Shown piece by piece: positions 12,036-23,416 of a stretch of DNA of 64,000 bases. The notes under the pieces were generated by a model. The model searched no databases and had not been told where the DNA came from. It saw only the letters and a program-made list of their open reading frames with translations. Source of the stretch: Mytilus edulis (taxonomy: Eukaryota); assembly GCF_963676685.1 (NCBI RefSeq), contig NC_092344.1, positions 107,632,001-107,696,000 of the forward strand, written 5' to 3'. Made by a program: the position numbers and the translations under genes. Within the stretch, counting starts at the first letter, position 1. Each line of letters opens with the position of its first letter.

Positions 12036-13641
12036 AATACAATTTTTCTGTACATGTGTTTAGATGCCATTAATAACTATTTACTTATATATAGATTAGA
12101 AATATATAACGACAAAACATTTTCATATAATTAATTTATGTTCTAAACAAAAATATTGTTATGAGTATTCCTTGAAGAAATGAATTTATAACAAGCGATA
12201 TTTTGGACTCGAAAATGTCCGCGTATAAATATCGATAACAGTCAAACACGAAAGCTACGTAAGTAGAAATCTCGTCGGCAACAATACTGTAACAATGGAA
12301 TGTCCTCACGGTCATCAAGATGTAGAAATTACATTATACCGAAATTCGATGATATACAAGTTTAAAAACAACTCTCGGTCCTGTGACTTTATAGATTTGC
12401 GAAATGTATTGGTGGTTTTTATTTAACCGATTAACTCTTAGGCCTTCCTCGTGTGAATGTCGGTGGAAGTGTATATCGGTTGGTTCCCAATGGAATGCCA
12501 TGTTACTGTTGAAAATTACATCTATTAAACGTAAACCAAAATCAAGCATCAAAAAAGTTTTCCAGCTCGAACCTTTTGTTCGATTCACTTTAAATTTGTT
12601 ACAATGTTTACATTGTCCGTTTCTAAAATATACACATTATTGGTTTTTTTTCGGAAAATATAGATAATTATTATAGTTTTAAGTTGATTGAAGAATATTC
12701 GCTAAAAGGATAGAGAATTCAAATGTTTTGAAACACTCTCGATACTTTGGAATACACGTTATATAATTTATGTATCTTTATCTGCTCTTTTTGTTGCCTT
12801 GTTGCCTAAAAGTAGCTACCCCTCTGGGGCCTACAAACCATTAAACGAAAATTGAAAGGATGTGATGGTTAATTGGTGGGGGGAAACAGGATTTCAAATA
12901 TGTCTTAATTCTCCTCGTAAGATAAATGCTTGTTTGTATCTGTGTGAAAATTATTTAAATTGTGTTTTCCTTCCAGTAAGTAATTTACAAAGTCTAATAA
13001 AAAATGAATATTAACGCCCCAATAAAAACGGAAATTTATAGATCAACACTAAATCACCAAATTCATGAAAAATTTATGCATTTGATATTTGACGATTAAA
13101 ACAAATCGGTTACCGTTGACTTTATGTGTTTTCTATTCAAATATGCCTCTCTTTAAAAAAAAAGTATTTCCGAAAATAATTTGAAGAGACAACTGAATTT
13201 TAATCGATTTTCAGTTTTTATCAACGATCAGAAGTTACATATACAGCAAAACATGTGACATAGTCAAATTACTATACCCTGACCTTTGAAATTAACTATC
13301 TAACTACAACATCAATTTTTTTAGCGTTTTGGGAATAGTCAGTATAAGACGATTGTCTAAAAACTCTATACACGTGCATTCTATTTTATAACCGATTTAA
13401 AAAAAAAAAAAGTACTTCAGAAATGAAAGAGGTATATGATTTTTTTCTTCTCGATTGTTTTAGTTACATTAGTTGTTGAAATAGTTGATTACACTCTATA
13501 GAAAACAAAAACAAACAATAAACGAATAATAAGGTAAATACATAAGTATTAAAAGCTTACCAGAGTGTAAGTCAGAACAGAATTTTTTATCAATTTTATC
13601 TTAAAGAGCTAATATGGAAATTGAAAAAGAAAACGATTTAA

Positions 13642-13974
13642 TTCAGTGGCATCTGTCAGCTTGGTTTGATCTTGATTGCCTACTCGTAATCCAAGCTTCT
13701 ACATTTACAATTTCTTTAGTACCAATCAATATTTACTTACTTTTTGTATTGCTATGTAATCTACTTATCTATTACCTGACTTAATTGTAAATAATATATT
13801 TTAACTCGTATCTGTCATAATGAAAATGCGCTTTGAGTTGACAGATGATAACCCGTTATCAAATTTTGGTTGTTGATTGCTAATAATTATTTTTGATTGA
13901 ATACTTAACAAGATGATAATCAAGATGTTGACATGTGATCAGAATTCTATGCAAAGAGTATATATAGTGGATTT
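13642..13974 (+). promoter_or_regulatory. Conserved proximal promoter of homeobox gene B1 (copy for B2 at 21042-21374)
   Basis: Aligns with 7201-7551; TATA-like GAGTATATATAG ~95 bp upstream of the ATG. Confidence 0.65.
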
Positions 13975-14055
13975 TCACCAAAAAAAAATAGTCATTATAA
14001 ATTTGAAGTAAAAAAGAAGCAAAGTAAAATTATTGAAATCACAGAATACATCTAA

Positions 14056-14781
14056 ATGGCGTTCATACCAGAGTCGTTCAGTATAGAAGAACTATCTAAA
14101 AGCAGCCAGGCTCAACAGTCACTTAAGTCAAAGACTGCATTGTACGAATTTTACATGACACTGAAAGGCCTCCAACCTCAAAACAACGATTTTTCTACTA
14201 GTTCAACGGCAAATGACCTGCCCATACAGAGAAAAAGAAAAAGATCTACTACCGACGATTCAGAGGATAACATAACTTCACCAGAATCTAAACATTGCTC
14301 TTCTTCAAGTTTTACCTCGGATGATTATGAAAACAACAATCAACCCACAAAGAAAGCAAGAACCATCTACACCAACTCCCAGGTTTTTGAATTAGAGCGA
14401 TACTATATCACACACAAGTACCTTGCTATTGAAGACAGACCCGTGCTTGCCAAGAAACTCAAACTCAGTCAAGTACAGATAAAATGGTGGTTTCAGAATC
14501 GCAGAATGAAAGAGAAACGTCAGATCAAGAGCTTCGGCTACAACGACTTAACAGAATTATCAAAGTTTGTTAGTGTTGGAAGGCCTATTCCAGATCTACA
14601 GTCTTCTATGAGTCAACCATCCCAACTACATGGATTTCACCAAAACTATTCAGCATTACCATCAATGTTTAACCCGTACATGTATGAATATGGTTCTTTA
14701 TCACCAGTCATGAATCCTGGTTATGTTCACCAGTACTACAACGGACTCTCACCAAAACCAGTGCAACAGTACAGATTATAA
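14056..14781 (+). CDS. Intronless divergent ANTP-class (NK-like) homeobox protein, paralog B1 (241 aa)
   Basis: Homeodomain 14347-14526 TKKARTIYTNSQVFELERYYITHKYLAIEDRPVLAKKLKLSQVQIKWWFQNRRMKEKRQI; SFSIEEL motif. Confidence 0.93.
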   Translation: MAFIPESFSIEELSKSSQAQQSLKSKTALYEFYMTLKGLQPQNNDFSTSSTANDLPIQRKRKRSTTDDSEDNITSPESKHCSSSSFTSDDYENNNQPTKKARTIYTNSQVFELERYYITHKYLAIEDRPVLAKKLKLSQVQIKWWFQNRRMKEKRQIKSFGYNDLTELSKFVSVGRPIPDLQSSMSQPSQLHGFHQNYSALPSMFNPYMYEYGSLSPVMNPGYVHQYYNGLSPKPVQQYRL

Positions 14782-15944
14782 CTTGTTGATAAACATTTAT
14801 CCTGAACATTTCTACGTATGTGCTTAAGTAACATAATAGTTCTATAGGTTGTTATTCAATTGTTATTTATTGTTGAAGATTTAATATGTGTATATTTGTG
14901 CTAATTAAAACATTCATTATTTGATTTTGAGATTTTATTTTATTTACCAAAATATATTAACAAAGGGGATGAGACACACACCGTCAGTTGAGTGTATCTC
15001 CAAGTCAGTCAAGAACTAGTAATTGATATCCAGTGATAATTGTTGCATGGTGATGCCTGGCTGTTTATCGTGTTTGTTTTTATTCGTCATTGTAGGAATC
15101 AGGCCGTGGGTTACCTTTTGAATTGGGTGACCTTTTAACTTAAAGCTTATGATTTTACGGTTTGAGTATTGCTATTCATTCTATGTAAGTAGTAATTCAC
15201 AGTTAGGAGTTTGGTTTTTCATTTTGGCCCCTGTGGATTTTTCAAATATAAATGTTATTGTGCAATAAAATTCATCTTTAGACAGTTGAGTACAAATTTA
15301 GCCTTCAAAGATGGTTTATAAGAAAATCAAGAATAATTTTTACATGTGTTTTATGGGCTATTTTTCTCAGTTCGAATCTGTATTTTCATAGCTAGACCGG
15401 TCTAAGGTCCAGAAAGATGACGCAATTTGACAAAAAAAAATTGAAATGAAAGACATGATTTTTATTGAATTTCTTAATATGTAAGCAGTTCCAGAAAAGG
15501 TATTACTTCAAGCGTTTGAAATTCTACTCCTGACCAAATTTTGGGGAAGTATGTGACAACCCCCCCTTTTTTTTGCATAATTTTATAACAAATAAATGCA
15601 GATTGTTGCAATAAAGATGTAAAAAAGAAATGATATTTTAACAGTTGTGTATAAAATTTATGGGAGATTCTGACACATGTATATGCACATATAGTGACCG
15701 TGACAAGCAGAAAGCTTAATTTGCAAGAAAGAAATGAAAAGGAAATGGTAAAGTTTATGAGGGCAGATTTTAATATGTTTACCTTTCTTATTGATACCAT
15801 AAGATATCACATCTTTAATAATTTACCGATTCAGTGGAGTGAAAGGACACGTCCTTATAGAACTACCAGAGCTTTGATAATTTATGGTCATAACATTTTG
15901 TAACTCCGGTCAGAATCAGGCAACTCGAGTTTTCTCCCTTTTAA

Positions 15945-15952
15945 TCACATGA
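15945..15952. promoter_or_regulatory. M-box/CLEAR-like motif TCACATGA upstream of ATP6V0B exon 1 (copy at 23345-23352)
   Basis: Reverse complement is TCATGTGA, 65 bp upstream of the ATG. MiT/TFE factors are established regulators of V-ATPase genes. Confidence 0.5.
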
Positions 15953-16016
15953 GCCGTTTCCGTCAATATTATCATATGAGGAAAAACGTCAATATCTGAA
16001 AGAATAATTCCAAAAT

Positions 16017-16113
16017 ATGGAGGCGAAACCGTCAAGTAAACAGACAGGGATGTCCCTGTTCCCTGTTTACGCTATTACACTGTTATTGGGGATAACTGCT
16101 ATCATCATTATAG
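16017..16113 (+). CDS. ATP6V0B: Duplicated (upstream) copy of ATP6V0B coding exon 1
   Basis: caaaatATGG...ATTATAG|gtacaa encodes [32 protein letters not shown], phase 1, identical to 23417-23513. Confidence 0.7.
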
Positions 16114-16399
16114 GTACAAATTGTAAATTATATGACCAACATTTGCAACCCCAAACTATAGTCACTGGCACTTGTTTCTAGACTGTCGAATACCAGTATC
16201 AATGAATGTATAAAATGCAAAAGGTCAACAAGTGGCTGTGACTCGAACTATGTGACAGGCCCATCATAGGTTAATAATTTACAATTGTATTAATGTACAA
16301 TGTAGATACCTAGATAGAAATTTATGCCACATCAGATTTACTTTTAGTTTACATCCCCTTGTTGTCTAGATACTTTGTCTGTGTCACATCCATTACCTT

Positions 16400-18267
16400 C
16401 CTGACAATACATCTGACAAAACTAACATCCTAAATAGTCAGTTTCAAAAAGCATTTTCCGAAGAAACAACAAGTGAACCTATTCCGGATAAAGGGAAATC
16501 AAACTATCCAAAAATGAATAAGATCACCATCTCCAAGAAGGGTGTAATAAAATTACTGGACAAGATAAATCCTAACAAAGCAACTGGTCCAGATCAAATT
16601 TGCGGAACAGTACTTAAAGAACTTAGTAGTGACATTTCAACTGCAATCACCTACATCTTCCAAAAATCACTTGACACAGGAAAAATCCCAAAAGATTGGA
16701 AACATGCAAACGTCTGTCCTGTTTTTAAAAAAGGTGATAAACACAACGCAATAAACTATAGACCCATATCTCTCACATGCATACTTTGTAAGATCATGGA
16801 ACACATCATAGCCAGTAGTATGATGGACCACTTAGAAAATAACAAAATCTTGTACGACCTTCAACACGGATTTCGAGCATCTAGATCATGTGAAACCCAA
16901 CTAGTATCATTCATCCAACAACTAGCAAAAAATAACAACAGTAACATCCAAACTGACATAGTTGTGATGGACTTTGCCAAAGCCTTTGACAAAGTTCCTC
17001 ACAAGAGACTTCTCTACAAACTGAAACATTATGGCATTGATCACAACACTCTAAAATGGATAGAAGATTTTCTCACATCCCGTACACAAACGGTCATTAT
17101 TGATGGTGTTCAGTCGGACAAAATTAACGTAACATCTGGTGTTCCCCAAGGTACAGTCTTGGGTCCGATCCTGTTCCTTGTATATATTAATGACTTCAAT
17201 GAATACATGAAACACAGTACCCTCAGATTATTTGCAGATGATAGTATAATTTATAAAACAATTCGAAACAAAGAAGACACACAAAAACTGCAAGAAGACC
17301 TCACATCAGCAGCAAAATGGGAGAAGGACTGGCTCATGTCATTCCATCCAGACAAGTGTTCAGTCCTTCAGATAACAACCAAGAAAAACCCAATAAAATT
17401 TGACTATACTCTCCACCAACATGTATTACAAAAAGAAACATCCACAAAATATTTGGGAATAACTATACAAACTGACCTAAAATGGAACAAACATGTAAAC
17501 AATATTACAGCTGCAGCCACACAAAAGCTGAACTTTATCAAAAGAAATTTAAAAGTTAATTCTAAAACAGTCAAAGAAAAAGCATACATTGCACTAGTAA
17601 AACCAAAGCTAGAATACAGCAGCTGCGTCTGGGACCCACATACCAACTCACAAACACATCAACTTGAGATGGTCCAGCGCAGAGCAGCAAGGTACACTTG
17701 CAACAGATACCATAACACAAGCTCAGTCACTGAAATGCTGCAAACATTAAATTGGGCAACACTTGAGAAAAGGCGAATTAGAACCCACATCATTTTCTTC
17801 TACAAAATTATACATCATCTTGTAGCCATATACCCGACAGACCTACTTACACAATCCGATACAAGAACACGTCAACATTCACATATTTATTCTTTCAGAC
17901 CAATACAAACCACTAAAGACTCATACAAGTACTCATTCTACCCCAGAACAATCTTACAATGGAACCTTCTCCCAGTAGCTGCAGTTCAATGTACTACTCT
18001 TGAAAGCTTCCGAGAACAAATTCCAATTTCTGTTCTCAATAAACATCTAAAAATTTAAATAAATCCTACAATGTATATAGTTTTAACCAAAATGTATAGT
18101 ACAAAAACAGAAGAAAAAGAAATTACGTTGAATTTTTATTTTTATTTTTTTGTATATTATTCACTGTAAATAAAAATTAGATCCCACGCAAGCGCGGCAT
18201 AGTAAAATCAGTGCCCGGCACGTTATCATCAGTATGTTGATGGAGTGCTGAATTATAAAGAAGAAGA
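16400..18267 (+). mobile_element. 5'-truncated CR1-like LINE with an uninterrupted RT ORF (16514-18058)
   Basis: Motifs [43 protein letters not shown] and SFYPRTI..WN. The frame is open upstream to ~16400 ([14 protein letters not shown]); no endonuclease domain; 3' AAGAAGAAGA tail. Confidence 0.93.
16514..18058 (+). CDS. LINE reverse transcriptase (514 aa, N-terminally truncated ORF2)
   Basis: Complete set of non-LTR RT motifs with catalytic FADD. Confidence 0.9.
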   Translation: MNKITISKKGVIKLLDKINPNKATGPDQICGTVLKELSSDISTAITYIFQKSLDTGKIPKDWKHANVCPVFKKGDKHNAINYRPISLTCILCKIMEHIIASSMMDHLENNKILYDLQHGFRASRSCETQLVSFIQQLAKNNNSNIQTDIVVMDFAKAFDKVPHKRLLYKLKHYGIDHNTLKWIEDFLTSRTQTVIIDGVQSDKINVTSGVPQGTVLGPILFLVYINDFNEYMKHSTLRLFADDSIIYKTIRNKEDTQKLQEDLTSAAKWEKDWLMSFHPDKCSVLQITTKKNPIKFDYTLHQHVLQKETSTKYLGITIQTDLKWNKHVNNITAAATQKLNFIKRNLKVNSKTVKEKAYIALVKPKLEYSSCVWDPHTNSQTHQLEMVQRRAARYTCNRYHNTSSVTEMLQTLNWATLEKRRIRTHIIFFYKIIHHLVAIYPTDLLTQSDTRTRQHSHIYSFRPIQTTKDSYKYSFYPRTILQWNLLPVAAVQCTTLESFREQIPISVLNKHLKI

Positions 18268-21200
18268 CTCAGTTGACACACAAGTACATGTTTGTGTTGA
18301 TGACCGTTTACTGTAACTGTGTTGTCAAATAGATTTTGTGCACTTTCTTCTTCTCTTCTTCCCATTATGAGTCGAACTCGGTTATTTTGCTGTGTATTTC
18401 ATATGCGGCTGAGTCTATGGGGAATCCGGGTCCGTTCGCGCCCATTCACATTCACACCCACTCATGTTCGCCCCCTTTCACGTTCGCACCCTACATCTTC
18501 GCGCCAAATTAAAGATATAATTGCATCATTATATTACTCTGAATACCCTTTTGATCATTAACAGTTTCTGTCCAACTTTCGTAAAATTTCACGGAGAGTC
18601 ATTCAAAAGACTTTATCCACATTCGGAACCTAAATATTGACGCCGCTTTGTCTCGCTTTTGGGACATAAATCACAGGCTCGCCAAAAATACAAACAGCAT
18701 ATCGAATCTGAGCAGATAGTGAATTGCTTTAAATATAAAAAAAAGTACGTAGAATTCATAGTAGATTAAGACTTTTACAAAAGATTCGAACAAATATATT
18801 AAATGATCTATTTGAGTAAAGGAGTTGGTTCAGTAAGACCCTTTTTTGGCCCCAAAATATAGCAGTTTTACAAAATTTTTAAAATGTAAACCTTTAGTTA
18901 TTTATTGGACAATAGAATGCTTCTGCTACATAAATATGGGCTGTTTTTGACAATACAATGCACATATATCCGCTACTAGCACCATTTAGTCATGCTAAAT
19001 TACTGAAATCCTCATAATTCTAGCATTTTAGTTAAATTTTAATTTTTACCAAAAACCATCTGAAAAGTGACATTTTTCGGCATATTAGGTAGATTTTTCA
19101 TATTTGAGCTTGAATCGGATCGTTTTTAATGCCTAAATCTGTTAAAATCTTTCACTTAAACTAATTAATTCAAATAAAATAGACACTTAAGTGTTTAAAA
19201 AGTGGTCAAAATCTTTCGTCAGATGAACCTGAAATTTGAGGCCAAAATCGGTCCTTACCGGACCTACTCCTTTAATTTAGTCCCTTTTTATTCAAAATTA
19301 CAATCCATTGAAAAAAGAAGCACAAGGCTGATGTGCTTTTGACCTGTTTTCCTTATTCTATGTCGATTATTTGTTTTATTTTCAAAATTCAAGTGTACGC
19401 CCGGGTGTTTTGACGTAAACGTAGCTACGCACATGAATACAATTTTTCTGTACATGTGTTTAGATGCCATTAATAACTATTTACTTATATATAGATTAGA
19501 AATATATAACGACAAAACATTTTCATATAATTAATTTATGTTCTAAACAAAAATATTGTTATGAGTATTCCTTGAAGAAATGAATTTATAACAAGCGATA
19601 TTTTGGACTCGAAAATGTCCGCGTATAAATATCGATAACAGTCAAACACGAAAGCTACGTAAGTAGAAATCTCGTCGGCAACAATACTGTAACAATGGAA
19701 TGTCCTCACGGTCATCAAGATGTAGAAATTACATTATACCGAAATTCGATGATATACAAGTTTAAAAACAACTCTCGGTCCTGTGACTTTATAGATTTGC
19801 GAAATGTATTGGTGGTTTTTATTTAACCGATTAACTCTTAGGCCTTCCTCGTGTGAATGTCGGTGGAAGTGTATATCGGTTGGTTCCCAATGGAATGCCA
19901 TGTTACTGTTGAAAATTACATCTATTAAACGTAAACCAAAATCAAGCATCAAAAAAGTTTTCCAGCTCGAACCTTTTGTTCGATTCACTTTAAATTTGTT
20001 ACAATGTTTACATTGTCCGTTTCTAAAATATACACATTATTGGTTTTTTTTCGGAAAATATAGATAATTATTATAGTTTTAAGTTGATTGAAGAATATTC
20101 GCTAAAAGGATAGAGAATTCAAATGTTTTGAAACACTCTCGATACTTTGGAATACACGTTATATAATTTATGTATCTTTATCTGCTCTTTTTGTTGCCTT
20201 GTTGCCTAAAAGTAGCTACCCCTCTGGGGCCTACAAACCATTAAACGAAAATTGAAAGGATGTGATGGTTAATTGGTGGGGGGAAACAGGATTTCAAATA
20301 TGTCTTAATTCTCCTCGTAAGATAAATGCTTGTTTGTATCTGTGTGAAAATTATTTAAATTGTGTTTTCCTTCCAGTAAGTAATTTACAAAATCTAATAA
20401 AAAATGAATATTAACGCCCCAATAAAAACGGAAATTTATAGATCAACACTAAATCACCAAATTCATGAAAAATTTATGCATTTGATATTTGACGATTAAA
20501 ACAAATCGGTTACCGTTGACTTTATGTGTTTTCTATTCAAATATGCCTCTCTTTAAAAAAAAAGTATTTCCGAAAATAATTTGAAGAGACAACTGAATTT
20601 TAATCGATTTTCAGTTTTTATCAACGATCAGAAGTTACATATACAGCAAAACATGTGACATAGTCAAATTACTATACCCTGACCTTTGAAATTAACTATC
20701 TAACTACAACATCAATTTTTTTAGCGTTTTGGGAATAGTCAGTATAAGACGATTGTCTAAAAACTCTATACACGTGCATTCTATTTTATAACCGATTTAA
20801 AAAAAAAAAAAGTACTTCAGAAATGAAAGAGGTATATGATTTTTTTCTTCTCGATTGTTTTAGTTACATTAGTTGTTGAAATAGTTGATTACACTCTATA
20901 GAAAACAAAAACAAACAATAAACGAATAATAAGGTAAATACATAAGTATTAAAAGCTTACCAGAGTGTAAGTCAGAACAGAATTTTTTATCAATTTTATC
21001 TTAAAGAGCTAATATGGAAATTGAAAAAGAAAACGATTTAATTCAGTGGCATCTGTCAGCTTGGTTTGATCTTGATTGCCTACTCGTAATCCAAGCTTCT
21101 ACATTTACAATTTCTTTAGTACCAATCAATATTTACTTACTTTTTGTATTGCTATGTAATCTACTTATCTATTACCTGACTTAATTGTAAATAATATATT

Positions 21201-21455
21201 TTAACTCGTATCTGTCATAATGAAAATGCGCTTTGAGTTGACAGATGATAACCCGTTATCAAATTTTGGTTGTTGATTGCTAATAATTATTTTTGATTGA
21301 ATACTTAACAAGATGATAATCAAGATGTTGACATGTGATCAGAATTCTATGCAAAGAGTATATATAGTGGATTTTCACCAAAAAAAAATAGTCATTATAA
21401 ATTTGAAGTAAAAAAGAAGCAAAGTAAAATTATTGAAATCACAGAATACATCTAA

Positions 21456-22181
21456 ATGGCGTTCATACCAGAGTCGTTCAGTATAGAAGAACTATCTAAA
21501 AGCAGCCAGGCTCAACAGTCACTTAAGTCAAAGACTGCATTGTACGAATTTTACATGACACTGAAAGGCCTCCAACCTCAAAACAACGATTTTTCTACTA
21601 GTTCAACGGCAAATGACCTGCCCATACAGAGAAAAAGAAAAAGATCTACTACCGACGATTCAGAGGATAACATAACTTCACCAGAATCTAAACATTGCTC
21701 TTCTTCAAGTTTTACCTCGGATGATTATGAAAACAACAATCAACCCACAAAGAAAGCAAGAACCATCTACACCAACTCCCAGGTTTTTGAATTAGAGCGA
21801 TACTATATCACACACAAGTACCTTGCTATTGAAGACAGACCCGTGCTTGCCAAGAAACTCAAACTCAGTCAAGTACAGATAAAATGGTGGTTTCAGAATC
21901 GCAGAATGAAAGAGAAACGTCAGATCAAGAGCTTCGGCTACAACGACTTAACAGAATTATCAAAGTTTGTTAGTGTTGGAAGGCCTATTCCAGATCTACA
22001 GTCTTCTATGAGTCAACCATCCCAACTACATGGATTTCACCAAAACTATTCAGCATTACCATCAATGTTTAACCCGTACATGTATGAATATGGTTCTTTA
22101 TCACCAGTCATGAATCCTGGTTATGTTCACCAGTACTACAACGGACTCTCACCAAAACCAGTGCAACAGTACAGATTATAA
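21456..22181 (+). CDS. Intronless homeobox protein, paralog B2 (identical protein to B1)
   Basis: Same 241-aa translation, offset 7400. Confidence 0.92.
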   Translation: MAFIPESFSIEELSKSSQAQQSLKSKTALYEFYMTLKGLQPQNNDFSTSSTANDLPIQRKRKRSTTDDSEDNITSPESKHCSSSSFTSDDYENNNQPTKKARTIYTNSQVFELERYYITHKYLAIEDRPVLAKKLKLSQVQIKWWFQNRRMKEKRQIKSFGYNDLTELSKFVSVGRPIPDLQSSMSQPSQLHGFHQNYSALPSMFNPYMYEYGSLSPVMNPGYVHQYYNGLSPKPVQQYRL

Positions 22182-23416
22182 CTTGTTGATAAACATTTAT
22201 CCTGAACATTTCTACGTATGTGCTTAAGTAACATAATAGTTCTATAGGTTGTTATTCAATTGTTATTTATTGTTGAAGATTTAATATGTGTATATTTGTG
22301 CTAATTAAAACATTCATTATTTGATTTTGAGATTTTATTTTATTTACCAAAATATATTAACAAAGGGGATGAGACACACACCGTCAGTTGAGTGTATCTC
22401 CAAGTCAGTCAAGAACTAGTAATTGATATCCAGTGATAATTGTTGCATGGTGATGCCTGGCTGTTTATCGTGTTTGTTTTTATTCGTCATTGTAGGAATC
22501 AGGCCGTGGGTTACCTTTTGAATTGGGTGACCTTTTAACTTAAAGCTTATGATTTTACGGTTTGAGTATTGCTATTCATTCTATGTAAGTAGTAATTCAC
22601 AGTTAGGAGTTTGGTTTTTCATTTTGGCCCCTGTGGATTTTTCAAATATAAATGTTATTGTGCAATAAAATTCATCTTTAGACAGTTGAGTACAAATTTA
22701 GCCTTCAAAGATGGTTTATAAGAAAATCAAGAATAATTTTTACATGTGTTTTATGGGCTATTTTTCTCAGTTCGAATCTGTATTTTCATAGCTAGACCGG
22801 TCTAAGGTCCAGAAAGATGACGCAATTTGACAAAAAAAAATTGAAATGAAAGACATGATTTTTATTGAATTTCTTAATATGTAAGCAGTTCCAGAAAAGG
22901 TATTACTTCAAGCGTTTGAAATTCTACTCCTGACCAAATTTTGGGGAAGTATGTGACAACCCCCCCTTTTTTTTGCATAATTTTATAACAAATAAATGCA
23001 GATTGTTGCAATAAAGATGTAAAAAAGAAATGATATTTTAACAGTTGTGTATAAAATTTATGGGAGATTCTGACACATGTATATGCACATATAGTGACCG
23101 TGACAAGCAGAAAGCTTAATTTGCAAGAAAGAAATGAAAAGGAAATGGTAAAGTTTATGAGGGCAGATTTTAATATGTTTACCTTTCTTATTGATACCAT
23201 AAGATATCACATCTTTAATAATTTACCGATTCAGTGGAGTGAAAGGACACGTCCTTATAGAACTACCAGAGCTTTGATAATTTATGGTCATAACATTTTG
23301 TAACTCCGGTCAGAATCAGGCAACTCGAGTTTTCTCCCTTTTAATCACATGAGCCGTTTCCGTCAATATTATCATATGAGGAAAAACGTCAATATCTGAA
23401 AGAATAATTCCAAAAT

